Shown here piece after piece: positions 28,560 through 41,704 of a stretch of 64,000 nucleotides of DNA. The position numbers and the translations under genes were made by a program. The notes beneath the pieces are model-generated. The model worked only from the letters and a program-made list of their open reading frames with translations. It was not told the DNA's origin and made no database searches. This stretch comes from the human T2T-CHM13v2.0 reference genome, Homo sapiens. The first letter of the stretch is position 1, and each line of letters begins with the position of its first letter. The stretch lies in NCBI RefSeq assembly GCF_009914755.1, contig NC_060947.1; one strand, given 5' to 3'.

Positions 28560-29270
28560 AAAAAACACATTTCACAAGGAAAAGAAAATCGTAAGCACAC
28601 AAGAAAAATAGGCACCATGAGGGAGAATTAAAGTAAAAAGACAGAAAGAACAGACATGCAAAATCTTCAGGTATTGAAATCATCAGACACTGAATCTAAA
28701 ACAAACTTGCTCGTATGTTTAACGTGATAATGTGTAACTCACTACTATAAAAAGCGACCCAGGAGACTTGAAACAAACCCAACAGAAATGGAAAATAAAA
28801 TAACAGAAATTTACAATTCAGTAGATGAGTTTAACAACAGACAAACATGGCAGAAGAGAGAATCAGGTAACAGAAAGATAAGGCAGACATTATTCAGAAT
28901 GCAGTACAGCAAAACGAAGTAACTAAAAAGATGAAAGAGAAGTTTAAACCTATAGAAGATAGAAAAGGTTGAAGACATTGACTAAAACATTTTCTCAGCG
29001 TCCCAGAAGAAGGGAAAAAAAGAGAATAGGGCAGGGGAATTATTTGAAAAGAGAAGTTTTTTTTTTCAGAATGTATAAAAGACATCAATCTACAAATCCA
29101 AGAGTTCAAGTGAATCCCAAGGAAAATTCATAAATAAAAATGTACACCTAGGCAAGTTACAATACAATCTGAGAACATCAAAGAAAATCTTAAAAAGAGA
29201 GAAAAAAAGAAAGATTGCCCCCAAGGAGTGACATACTAACAGCTGATTTTCAACAACACAAACAGGAGGC
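28560..29270 (+). mobile_element. Ancient L1M ORF1-region remnant
   Basis: A-rich; gacatcaatctacaaatccaagag, aacagctgatttttcaacaac resemble L1 ORF1. Confidence 0.65.
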
Positions 29271-29279
29271 AGGAAAAAG

Positions 29280-29540
29280 GATCTGGATCCAGCCATCAGC
29301 CACACAAACAAGTTTAGAAACAGCTCCTCCACTTGGGTCTTGAGACTTTGCAGTCCAACTCTTTGGGCACAGCCTGTAAGAGACCCAGGGTCAGAGGATA
29401 CACCTAAGCTGCATCCAGATTCTTGACCCATGGAAGTGGTGAGATAATAAATCATAATAAAGAGATATTCAATGTATATTGTTTTAAACTGCTAGGTTTG
29501 GGGGTAACTTGTTATGCAGCAATGCATAGCTAATACAGTT
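29280..29540 (+). mobile_element. MLT1 LTR 3' part
   Basis: gagacccagggtcagagga...ctaagctgcatccagattcttgaccc...tgttatgcagcaatgcatagctaataca. Confidence 0.8.
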
Positions 29541-29687
29541 AGTGTTGATCTGTCTACCTGCCATGAAATAGAACCACTACTCAGTATCTAAAAAATTAAA
29601 AATATACTTCACAAACCAGGGGAGGAAAAGGCATAGAAAATCCACAATCCGGCCAACAGTCAGTGGAGAAGGGAGAACTTATTATAA

Positions 29688-30032
29688 TGTATTAGTTTGC
29701 TATGGCTGTGGTAACCAAGTACCGCAGACTGGATAACTTAACAGAAATTTATTGTTGCACAGTTTTGGAGTCTGAGTGGTTCCTTCTGAGGGCTATAACA
29801 GGTCCACCTCTCTCCTTGGCTCATAGATGGTTTCTTTCTCTCTCCATCTCTTCACTGCATCTTTCCTCTGTATGTGCCTATCATATTGGATTCAGGCCCA
29901 ACCACTTTGAATTGATTACCTCTATAAAAACCCTATCTCCTTATTTCCAAATAAGATCACATTTTGATTTACTGGGGTGGGGAAGGACTTTGACACATAA
30001 ATTTTGGGGGGACCCAATTTAACCCATAACAC
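29688..30032 (-). mobile_element. MLT1A/B-like LTR
   Basis: tgtattagtttgctatggctgtggtaaccaagtacc...caatttaacccataaca. Confidence 0.8.
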
Positions 30033-31311
30033 ACAGTTAGGGAAAAAATGAAGTCACTAGATATCCAGACATAGACTCCATGCTTGGAATCACAAGTTCA
30101 TTCCAGCCCCAAATAATTCTTGCCCATTGTTTTACTTGATTCAAAGTAAGGCTATAGCTGTAACATTCATTTATCTTGCCTGTCTTTATGTAAATGTGAG
30201 GTTTGATACGGTCTGGAGGGGTTCTTTATTATGGTTTTGCTCTCTTGTTATCAGTTTTTAAAAAATAATGAAAACCAAAATGCTGCAAATATGTCAACTT
30301 GGCATAAGATACCACCAGTTTAATGTGGCTTCACTAAGTTCAATCACAGCATTGTTTACGGATGAACTTTTTAGTACATCCTCATAAATCACTTCTAAGC
30401 TAATTAAAATCCCAAATGGAAGTGGTATCTCAGTTGTCCTGGAGCCTGGCTCTCCACTGAATCTCTCCATAATGAAATATGAAGATAATAAAATTATTCT
30501 AGGGGTCACAGTCTAGGATACAATTCCAAAACTCATAAACAATCCTCACTGGCATGCCCACAATAGCTGACAATGCAGTAGAAATGAAACAAGTGAAACC
30601 AGAGCAATGCAAGATGTTCCTACTGAGTGCAGCCCTTCCAGCAAATTAAGACTTAATTTCCCTGGGTCAGGTGTAGTAGCCGACTGCAGAAATCCAGAAA
30701 TCCAGCCCGTGTTCCAGAACCAGATCCATTTTCTTTATGCATAGGGAGCTACTGTTGCTCTAACACTTTTCAGGTATGTTCCTATGTGTGTTCCTCACTC
30801 CATTTGGTCCTGATTCCCCTAATAAGATCAAGGCCCTTGAAACCAAAGATTTTGGGTTGTCTTCCCCCAAGGCCATCTGGTAAACCACGCAGAAGCTGAG
30901 TAGTGTCGTGGATGTCTTTGCTGCTGAAGGCAGGGCTTGCACCAAGGCTTTCCAGTTCCCACTGGGCTGGACTTTGTGGAATGAAGCAAAATGATGCAAT
31001 CACCCCAGCAGAAAACACCATGGAAAGGATGAGGGAAAATAGATGGAAACAGTTTGTGAAACAACAGAGCCCTCTAAGTTCAGTGAATAATAATTTTAAA
31101 AATTTGCAACACTATCTGAAGACTATCAAAGACCCATACTATGGAAGAAAAAAAATAAAAGCAGAATAGCATTATTTCAGTCAAGGCAACACATTGAAGC
31201 AATGAGTGCTTCAAGTGGGATGTATGTCATAATAATGAAAGCTATATTTAAATCTAAGTTTCTTAGCTAACACCTGCCAAACTCCAGGGACAGGCCAGTA
31301 AAATACACTAT

Positions 31312-31601
31312 GAGAGAGAGAAAGAGAAAGAGAGAGAGAAAAAGGAAGAAGAAGAAGAAGAAGAAGAAGAAGAAGAAGAAGAAGAAGAAGAAGAAGAAGA
31401 AGAAGAAGAAGAAGAAGAAGAAGAAGGAAGAAGAAGAAGGAAGAAGAAGAAGAAGAAGAAGGAAGAAGAAGAAGAAGAAGAAGAAGAAGAAGAAGAAGAA
31501 GAAGAAGAAGGAGGAGGAGGAGGAGGAAGAAGAAGAAGAAGAAGAAGAAGAAGAAGAAGAAGAAGAAGAAGAAGAAGAAGAGGAGGAGGAGGAGGAGAGA
31601 A

Positions 31602-31638
<37 letters not shown>

Positions 31639-31639
31639 A
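31312..31639 (+). repeat. Compound polypurine tract: (GA)-rich, (GAA)27 G (GAA)4 G (GAA)7 G (GAA)16 G (GAG)5 (GAA)18 (GAG)6, (GA)-rich
   Basis: Counted directly; the only pyrimidine is a C at 31619. Confidence 0.98.
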
Positions 31640-32232
31640 CCAATGCAGAAACAAACGCAGGGGTACCTTGGTTGGCAAAGAAAACTGCTCTTCAAAGGCA
31701 TTGCCTGATGTTTTGTTGTATTCGACTCTGGGGTGTGCTTTCTTGGCTTTCATTTGAAGACACAGAGACTTCTCATTTGATGGGAAGAGAGAGCTGGTTT
31801 CACTAAGCCTCCAGGATATGTTCCTGAAAAAGAAATTACCAGCACATTTATAAACTCTACTCCACCAATGGAAATGTTCACCAGGGCTTCAAGAAAAAGA
31901 GCGGTGTACTCTCTAGAGTCATCAACGAGACTCAAGATGGAAGTAAGCCAATGGAAACAAAGATGTATACAGCTGAACTTCTCTAAACAAGATGGACATA
32001 GTTATAACAGGTTAAAAATAAACTATTTTAAAATAAGATTATTCTAAATTTCCCTGCTGTCCTTAAAATCTGTCTGTATTGCTGCCTTAACATTGCCCAC
32101 AAATTTCAAAAGCCTTTCTGTGTGGAGAGTAGATAAGATTCATTTAAATTCTCATACATGTCTGAAATATAAACAAGAAAAACAAATTAACTTAACCTAC
32201 ACATTTAGCAGAAGTTAATTATAATAAAATTA

Positions 32233-32545
32233 GGCCAAACATGGTGGCTCACACCTATAATTGTAGTACTTTGGGAAGCCAAGGTGGAGCAGATCGCTTG
32301 AGCCCAGGAGTTAGAGACCAGCCTGGGCAACATAGAGAAACTCCATCTCTACAAAAAAATACGGAAATTATCTGGGCATGGTGGCATGCACCTGCAGTCC
32401 CAGCTATTCAGGAGGCTGAGGTGGGAGGATTACTTGAGTCCAGGAGGTCAAGGCTGCAGTGAGCCAAGATCACGCCACTGCACTCCAGCCTGGGCAACAG
32501 AGTGAGACTCTGTCTCAAAACAAAACAAGAAAGAAAGAAAGAAAT
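32233..32545 (+). mobile_element. Full-length Alu (AluJ-like)
   Basis: Two arms, ggaggattacttgagtccagg, A-rich tail. Confidence 0.95.
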
Positions 32546-32880
32546 TAAATACATCCAGCTCAAACTGAGAAGCAGCAGTTCTTAAACTTCGGTGTGATCC
32601 AAATGCAATTGAAAGGAACTAATAAATGACCTGGGAGGTAAGTTGGTAGACTCCTCAATCCTTCTGTGTGGACTATTGAGCCAGCCCTCCACCAGGATAT
32701 CCATTGAGTAAATTTGTGTGGACAGCCTCCTTTATGCCACGCCATGTCCAAACCACTGGGGCCAAAGTCAGAAAAAAAAAAAGTAGCCAAAATTCTCTGC
32801 CGTCCCAGTATCCACATTCCAGCAGCTGAAGACAGATAATATACAAAATAAATAGAGTGATTTAAAAATTTAGATGTCGG

Positions 32881-33365
32881 TGTATTCGTTTCCTAGGGCT
32901 GCTGTGACGAATTACCACAGATTTCATAGCTTGAAACAACGCAAGGGTCGTATTGCACAATTTTCAATGTCAGAAGTCCAAAATCAATCTCATTTCGCTA
33001 AAGTTAGGGTGTTGACAGGGTTGTGCTCCTTCTAGAATCCATTTCTTGCCTTTTTCAATTTTCTAGATGCTGCCTGCCTTCTTGGCTTGCAGTCTTTTTC
33101 CCTTCTCTAAGCCAGCAATCACATCACTTGGATCCTGCTTCCATCCTCACATCTTCTTCTCTGACTGTAACCCTCCTACCTCCCTTTTTTAAGTACTCTT
33201 GTTATGACACTGGGCCCACCTAGATAATCCAAGCTAATCTCCAAATTTCAAGATCCTTAACTTAATCACATCTACAAAGTTTCCTTTGCCATGCAAGGCA
33301 ACATATTTGCAGGCTCCAGGGATTAGGATATGCACAACTCTGGGAACCCTTAATCTGGCTACCAA
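32881..33365 (-). mobile_element. MLT1C/D-like LTR
   Basis: tgtattcgtttcctagggctgctgtgac...gatccttaacttaatcacatctacaaag. Confidence 0.85.
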
Positions 33366-33629
33366 AAGTGCTAAATGCTCTAGATCAAAGCAAATCAAGC
33401 AATCTGACATAGATACTAAAAAAATGTCAATTGCCTCTTTTCCTTGCTTTTCTTGAAGCTGGGACATAGAGGTAATCCAATCCCACCTAGTAAAGTCATG
33501 GATTATATTGGGGCAAGCAGGATGAGATCCTAAAAAAAATACTTTCTTCCCTGATAAAAGAGAGACAATCAAGAGGAAATCCTCCCTGCTTCCATCTGGT
33601 CTTTGATGCTGACATTTGAAAATGTTCTA

Positions 33630-34009
33630 CAGTCATGCGCAGCATAACATTTTAGTGAAAAATGGATCACGTATATGATGCTGGTCCCTAAAATGGAGCT
33701 GAAAAATTTCTCTCACCTAGTGGCTTACAGCCCTTGAAACAACATAGTGCAATGCATGACCTTTTCTGTGTTTACCTATGTTTAGATACACAAATACTAG
33801 CACTGTGTTACAATTGTCTACAGTGTTCAGTACAGTAACATGCTGTACAGGTTTGTAGCCTAGGAGCAATAGGCTTTAGCATAAAGCCTCAGTTTACTGT
33901 AGACTATACCATCTAGAAACCTAAGCACATGCTATGACATTTGCATAACTAATAAATCACCTAAAGAATTTATCAGAATGTATTCCCATCTTCAAGTGAT
34001 ACCTGACTA
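33630..34009 (+). mobile_element. Tigger3a/MER7-like fossil nested in an old LTR
   Basis: ta|cagtcatgcgc start, gtagcctaggagcaatagg internal, ...tgacta|ta end. Confidence 0.85.
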
Positions 34010-34178
34010 TATATGGGATGTCAGCAGCCATCTTGTTACCATGAGGGAAAAGTCTAGAGTATGGGAGACATCAACCATAATATGGTTTTGTTGCTAGATT
34101 AACATCCACAGAACCCCCAGGTCTGGAATTATCATGTAAGATTAAGCACAAACCATTATTAAGCAATTTAGCCAAGTA

Positions 34179-34383
34179 CAGTCGGATGGATTCCACATCT
34201 TTGGATTCAACCGACTGAGGATCAGAAGTACAATATTTGCTGGATGCAGAACCTGCAGATAAGGAGGGTTAGATTTTCATACCCATATGTTTCCCAGGGG
34301 AACTTTAAGACTTCAACATCTTCGAATTTTAGTATCCTGGGGGGTCTTTGAACCAATTCTCCACGGACACCAAGGTATGACCG
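34179..34383. mobile_element. MER8/MER2-like Tigger-derived MITE
   Basis: ta|cagtcgg...ggattcaacc...ggacaccaaggtatgaccg|ta. Confidence 0.7.
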
Positions 34384-34774
34384 TATGCTAGTACTAGAAG
34401 GTAGTGTGGTTCTGCTTTTTGCTTGTAATGGCACCTCAGTTAGAGTCAAACCTCATATATTAACCATCAGGTTTTCTAAATAGCATGGACATCTGTAGTG
34501 GTTGCTGTACAGAGAAAAGCATAAAAGGACAATGACTACAAAACACTCATCATAACTCCAAGTCTACTTACTCTCTTCTGCCACTCAAGATGGGCCAAGG
34601 CAAGACCAGCCATAGCATGACTTGTGGTCTTTCCATGGTAGCCACAATTCACTAAACTTATGGCATATTGTGATCCTCCCTTCTTTTGTTTTCTGGGCTG
34701 CCTAATACTTTTGCTGCCTGACATTCTTTGTGTTTGATCAAGGCCTTGCCAGATATGTCCACAGCTGCTGATTC

Positions 34775-34997
34775 CTGTAACATGGACACAAAGAAGGGAA
34801 CAAGAGACACCACAGCCTTCTTGAGGGTAGAGGGTAAAAGGAGGGAGAAGATCAGAAAAAAATACCTATTGGGTACAACGCTTATTACCTGGGTGATGAA
34901 ACAATCTGTATACCAAACCGCCATGGCATGCAGTGTGCCTATATAACAAACCTATACATGTACACCTGAACCTGAAATAAAAGTTATAATAAAAAAT
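34775..34997 (+). mobile_element. L1 (L1PB or old L1PA) 3' end
   Basis: catggacacaaagaagggaacaagagacac...aacaaacctatacatgtac...aaataaaag. Confidence 0.9.
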
Positions 34998-36393
34998 GCC
35001 AACTTCAATACCTGCCACAGTCTTACTACTTCATTTCTGAACTGTGGTTTTAGAGAAAGAGTTGGTCCTCTGAACGGGCTTTGTAATCCGACTTTCCAGA
35101 TCCAAATCATTGCTTTCTCTGGGTTGCCTTCCAGATTCAAATCATTGTATCCTGTGGCCCACAGAGTCCAGCTATTAACCTTCCTTCCTAAGCATATCCT
35201 TGGATATATATGACGTAAAGTCAAATGGGATATTTAGTAATACGGTGAAAACTAAAAACCTGCAATCCAGCATCTCCGTGTGCTGTATCTTTTCTTGTTC
35301 AAGAAAACTAATTACACATTTGGTTAAGAATCTATCTGTAGCATCTCCAGACACCCATCATCTGGAGAGCCATGCCATTAAGTCTACCTGCTCTGAAGAA
35401 GACCCTAATTCCCTGAAATCACACAGCATCATAATCTGACTTTGGTGTCTCTAAGGATTTCTGGTATTCTTGACTGCATTTTTGTGCTTCTTTGCTGCCT
35501 TTACTCTAGAATTATGAAACTACCTAAAGCTCTGACAGCTAATGAAAAACTATTGGCCATGTGTACAGTTGGGATGAGATCTTCATGTTCTCATCTGGGG
35601 TGATGCCATTAAATAATCCCAACTGATTTAGCAGCTCATCTCCACTATCAGGTGGTAATCATGGTTTCTAAATTCTGGGGAAGAGAGAGGGTTATTAGAC
35701 CAAAGTGTATCTCAGGGAATACAGCTGAGGGGTTAGTGGAATAGGACACATAGCCTTAGGTCTTATGAGGTGACAAGATAGAATTCAATCCTAAAGGAGC
35801 TGTCTGTCCATAAAAGATCGACTAGAACATCTTTCTACTAGAGGGAAATGCCCTATTACCATCTTCCTGGACCTCTGAGTTGGGGGGAAATTACCACTAC
35901 AAGAAATGACAGTCAAAATTTGGATAAAATGCACAGTATAAGAATCAAAATACAAGAAAATTCATCAGCACAACAGAAGCAAATGCAAAAATCATTCTAT
36001 AACATCCCTCCAGAAGCCTACAGGGAGCACTAAGGGAAAAAAATACCCCCACTGAAAATGAGCTCATACTAAAAAATTCAAAGGTACATAAGGAAAGGGA
36101 ACACTATAAGAAGCACAACTGGTGTCCTAAAATCCCCAGATAATTATGTAAGAGGTCCTTTAAGCTCTTTTTATTATATTTAACACAGATTTAAAAAAAA
36201 TACAAACTGTAACAAAAGAATAGGACACTATATGAAAAGGACAAGATTGTTTGAAAATAAGTCAAATAACTTTCTAGAAATGAGAAAATATAGAAATACA
36301 GTCATTGACAATGTAGTAATAGAAGACAACACTGGCTTGCAAGACAACCTTTCTGAAATGGGTAAAAACAGTACTGTCTTTGGAACTGGAGAC

Positions 36394-36705
36394 TTTTTTT
36401 TTTTTTTTTTTTTTGAGACAGGTTCTTACTCTGTCGCCCAGGCTGGAGTGCAGTGGTGCAATACCTCGGCTCACTGCAACCTCTACCTCCCAGATTCAAG
36501 CAATTCTCCTGCCTCAGCCCTCCCCCCACAAATAGCTCGGATTACAGGCACATGCCACCACGCCTGGCTAATTTGTGCATTTTTAATAGAGATGAGGTTT
36601 CACCATGTTGGCCAGGCTGGTCTTGAACTCCTGACCTCATGTGATCCACTCGCCTCGGCCTCCCAAAGTGCTGGAATTACAGGCATGAGCCACTGCACCC
36701 AGCCA
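36394..36705 (-). mobile_element. Full-length Alu (AluS-like)
   Basis: Poly-T, two arms, TSD gaactggagactt. Confidence 0.97.
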
Positions 36706-37377
36706 GAACTGGAGACTTTCCTTATTACAATGCATTACATAGCTAAGGTAACAGCTGACTTTCTCCTCTGATATGCACTGGCTTCAGTATGGGACAACCT
36801 CAATAGCCAGGAAACTAGGAAGTAGAGCTGACTTTTCTTCCAACCGTTACTAAAGCACAATTTCTTTCCTTCTGAGGCCACGCTCCTTCCATGGCCTCAT
36901 TTATATTTTATGATATGGGGAACTGCACTCAAGGTTATGGAAACATTTGGTTCCTCTCCCTGGCACCTCTTTCAGAATCAGAGAATGAGGAAATCTAACT
37001 CTTAGAACCCCTGAAGCTCTTATGAACCCAGATATGTTCATCTGTGCAGAGAGCAGCCCTAACTCTCTTCATCTGTTCAGTGAAGTGTATTGGACACAGT
37101 TCCTATTTGTTCTAAGTAGAATTTATATCTATTCTACAATTCAGCATTAATTTTGTGGTACAGTTTTCATTTGTATATGCCCTATGTACAGTAAAGGATA
37201 TTTGTAAATTAAGGGATGAGATAGCTTAAATGACTCACCAAAACAAGATTAAAGCTAAATAGCTGCAGGTGTAGTAATTGAATTGAAAAATACTTCTTGG
37301 ACACTGGGGCATATTCCCTGAGAATTAGAACTTCATTAGCAATAAATATTTTCATAAGCCACTAACAACTGAACAGC

Positions 37378-37686
<309 letters not shown>

Positions 37687-38637
37687 TGAGTAGCACTTTA
37701 TCTAAGCAAGAGTAAGTATAAACTAGATATTCTAAATCTTCTGTGCTTTAAAAACAGTATTTCCAAATGTTTAGCTCCAATTGTCTCCTATTCAGCTAAA
37801 ATGTAACATAACTTTCTGAAAATATGCCCTAGACACTGGGTGTGTAGAAATGGTCTCTTTCACCTCTTGTGCCTTCACCCTGTTTAATCTCAAGTTAGCA
37901 CAAGGAGTTAGAGAGAGTACAGCTTATAGTATAGGAGATGATATTCTTGCTGCTATATTTACAAGCACGAATGCAAATTTCGCTAGAAGGAACCTCCTGG
38001 TGGGATTAATCATCCAAATTCCCATTAGAAAGGCTTTCTGGTGAAAGTAGGACAGGAATAGTGGTGACTGTCCCCTGAGGACTCAGGTGCCATTTCTAAT
38101 GACTTGTTTTTCTGTGCAAGAAGATGCTTCCGACAAAACTGGCAGAGTTGGCTGTGCTTATTTCCCTTTTTAAAAGTAATGGGAAAAGAAGTAGCTGTGT
38201 TGTAACTGCAGAAATTAACCAATCTGTAAAATCAAGTAAAACACAGAAATGTAATGTGGGTGGGGTTAATAAACACAAGATCAGAATAAGACTACACCAT
38301 TTCTTTTTCAGAGAAATTTGCCATTTTGAGACTACCAAGCCAGGAGAAATTTCAAACCCACTCACCTGCCACTTCATATCTAGTGTATAAATATTTTAGG
38401 AAAAGGACTCATGATCCAAGTATTGAGACAAGGGAAAGTTTCCTCCCAACCCCCTACCCACCCCTTTGCAAGAAAGGACACAACTGCCTGGACTTCTCGC
38501 CACCCCCACCCTTGGCCAGAGACAGAACACAGAACGTCTGAGGTCAATGAGAAGTTTAACTAACAGAGCTTCTCAAATCTTTCCTTCGAGTGCTCCTCCT
38601 GACAGCAGCAAAGCCGAATGAATCTCCCTGGGGAACT

Positions 38638-38641
<4 letters not shown>

Positions 38642-38709
<68 letters not shown>
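38642..38709. repeat. Perfect (AG)34 microsatellite
   Basis: Counted directly. Confidence 0.98.
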
Positions 38710-38710
<1 letters not shown>

Positions 38711-39935
38711 AGGCCATGGCAATCCTAGCAGCAAGACATTTCTTTTAAGGAAATTGTATGTTTTATATAAATCATGCTTTATTCAAGAAATTAATGCAAA
38801 TTTTGCCTTCTAAGTAATTTTACAGCCATGTGAGTTTTAGTATGGTGAGGATGTTTTAAATTGCAAACTGTAGCTCTAGGATTGTTTATCCTATGGCTTT
38901 TCAGATCCCTGGCACACTTCTTCATCCCCCTGAGGATAGCCTACATGTCAGGCTGAGATGGGAGGTTAATGGATTTTAAAGTCTGCTGCCTTAACGTGAC
39001 AACTCATAGTGTTGAAACTCGGTTTTGACAGCTTATGCAAGTAGAGGGGGAAAAAGCAAGCATTTTGCTAAAAATAGCAATTGGAGAGGAAGTGCCTGAG
39101 CAAGATAAATCAAAGATTTTCCTTCTGTGATCATTATATCTTTCACAAATCCTGAGCAGACATCACACCTTGTCTGTATCCCACATTGCACCATGTATCT
39201 AAGTTTCATCTCTCAACTGTGATTGATAAACTCACTAAAGAAAGGTACCGTGCCTCATAATTTTTTGAAGACCTTACTGTTAGCAAAACAATTTTCCATG
39301 AATATATGGCTAATACAATTAAGGAATTATTTATGATAAGGATGTTTGCTGTTTACTCCAGTACTCAAGAGTTATGCTAGCAATACACAACGACCTTCGA
39401 ATCAAAACCACAAGTCTACCCCCAGGAAGCATATGAATCTTCAAGCTTGCAAAAATCACTCTGATCTCCTGCAAAAGTCTCTGGGAGGAAGGTGAATTTA
39501 GGAAGCAAGAGGGGAAAGATGTAAAGTCAAACATCTGCAAACAAATGACTTTGTTTAAGAGAATAAGAAAAAAATGACCAGAACATGCTACATACCACCT
39601 TTTATGTTAAACATTTACCTGCAAAAATCAAAAATAGATTTTAATCATTCTCTATTGTGGTTTAATGCCCAGGTCCCTTTTTGTGTAAGAAACAGTTGAC
39701 TTTCAGTTCAAGAATACCCTCCTGCTTCCTGGACAGGGTTGTGAGAGTTTAATTTTCCTAACCCTCCCTGGGAACAAGCCACATGCCTCTGAACAATGTT
39801 TCCTGGCATTTTTGGTGGTCAAAGAGGATTGATGACATTGAAGCATATTCAGTACTCAAAGAACCCAGTCTATTTGCCTAAATTCAAACCAAAAAAAAAT
39901 CAGTCTACTGTCAGCACAAATATTTCTTGGGAATA

Positions 39936-41357
39936 TGAGAGGGCTCAATGTTGGTCTCTGCTGATGGCAAATTGAGCACTCAGCAGTGGCTGTAGCCATG
40001 TCAGCCTTGGTAAGTGGAAGTCCATGTTGCTGAACCCATGTGTAACCTTCATCCCTGCCACCATGGGCCCATTGGGCCATGACAGGGGTGGCTGGGGAAA
40101 GTGGCTGAGTGGTGTCCACAGAACGAGTCATCCTATCTACTTGATTATTAAAATCTTCCTCTGCTGAGGTCACCCTTTGGTGAGCATTCACATGAGATAC
40201 AAATATCTTCACAATTTTGACCACTCAGAGAGGTCCATCCACATACCTCTTCCCCAAATTTCTTTGTCACCAATTTTCCAATCATGCTTCTTCCAAGTCT
40301 CTGACCATCCAGCCAAACCATTTGCTACAGCCCATGAAGCAGTATATAATTGCACATCTGACCACTTCTCCTTCCAAGCAAAGCCCACAACCAGATGCAC
40401 TGCTCGAACTTCTGCCCACTGGGAAGATTTCCCTTCACCACTGTCCTTCAGGGATGTCCTAGAAAAGGGCTGTAGTGCTGTAGCTGTCCACTTTCAGGTG
40501 GTGCCTGTATATCGTGCAGAACCGTCCGTAAACCAGGCCCTAGTTTCTCTTCCTCTATCAACTGATCATAGGGAACTCCCCATGAGGCCATCAGTACAGG
40601 CTGGGGGAAAGAAGGCAGGGTGGCAGGAATGGAGATCATGAGCATTTGAGCCACTTCTTCTTGTAACTCACTTGTGCCTTCAGGACCTACTTGAGCCAGA
40701 TCATGTATATATCACTCCCATTTGATGATGAAATGCTGCTGTGCATACCCAACTTTATGGATAGATAGGCCAGAAAGTACCCAGTTCATGATAGGTAGTT
40801 CAGGTCGCATGGTGACTTGATAAGCCATAGTCAAACATTCAATTTCTACCAAAGCCCAGTAACAGGCCAAGAGCTGTCTCTCAAAAGGAGAGTAGTTATC
40901 TGCAGAAGATGGCAGGGCCTTGCTCCAAAATCCTAGAGGCCTCTGCTGTAATTCACCTATGGGGGCCTGCCAAAGGCTCCAAACAACATCCCTATCTGCT
41001 ACTGACACCTCAAGCACCATTGGATCTGCTGGGTCATATGGTCCAAATGGCAGGGCAGCTTGTACAGCAGCCTGGGCCTGTTGCAGAGCTTTCTCTTATT
41101 CTGGACCCCACTCAAAACTGGCAGCCTTTCAGGTCACTAGATAGATGGGCCAGAGTAACACACCAAATGAGGAATGTGTTGCCTCCAAAATCCAAATAGG
41201 CCCACTAGGCATTGTGCCTCTTTCTTGGGTATAGGAGGGACCAAATGCAGCAACTTATCCTTTACCTTAGAAGGAACATCTTGACAGGTCCCACACCACT
41301 GGACCCCTAGAAATTCCGCTGAGGTAGAAGATCTCTGAATTTTAGTTGGATTTATTT
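39936..41357 (-). pseudogene. pol: HERV-L (ERVL) pol fragment: RT C-terminus/connection, RNase H and integrase N-terminal zinc finger; disrupted by frameshifts and stops
   Basis: ORF pieces LEVSVADRDVVWSLWQAPIGELQQRPLGFWSKALPSSADNYSPFERQLLACYWAL, WAVANGLAGWSETWK, HVNAHQRVTSAEEDFNNQVDRMT, WAHGG...ECSICHQQRP match ERVL Pol. Confidence 0.93.
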
Positions 41358-41374
41358 TTTTATTTAAAATTTAC

Positions 41375-41704
41375 TGTATTAGTTTCTTCTCACGTTGCTA
41401 TGAAGAAATACCTGAGACTGAGTTATAAAGGAAAGAGGTTTAATTGACTCACAGTTCCTCACGGCTGCGGAGACCTCAGGAAACTTACAATCATGGTGGA
41501 AGGCATGTCTTCATAGGGCGGCAAGAGAGAGACAGTACAAGCAGGGGAAATACCAGACGCTTATAAAACCATCAGATCTCATGAGACTCACTCATTATCA
41601 CGAGAACAGCATGGCGGAAACCGCCCCCATGATTCGATTACCTCCACCTGTGGATTACAATTCAAGGTGTGATTTGAGTGGGGATGCAGAGGCAAACCAT
41701 ATCA
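41375..41704 (-). mobile_element. THE1 (THE1C-like) MaLR LTR abutting the HERV-L fragment
   Basis: tgtattagtt...gaggtttaattgactcacagttcc...caaaccatatca; closely resembles the copy at 55499-55859. Confidence 0.93.

Noticed and set aside
31211-31753. Poly-K/E/F/L/S ORFs up to 180 aa
   Set aside because: Translation of the GAA/GAG repeat.
36232-36771. 179-aa ORF, and similar ORFs at 53204, 54517, 60892 and 62837
   Set aside because: Read-through of antisense Alu sequence, a common false ORF.
39856-41199. Functional or domesticated retroviral pol gene
   Set aside because: Broken into several frames by frameshifts and stops; lacks the RT catalytic core and the integrase DDE domain.
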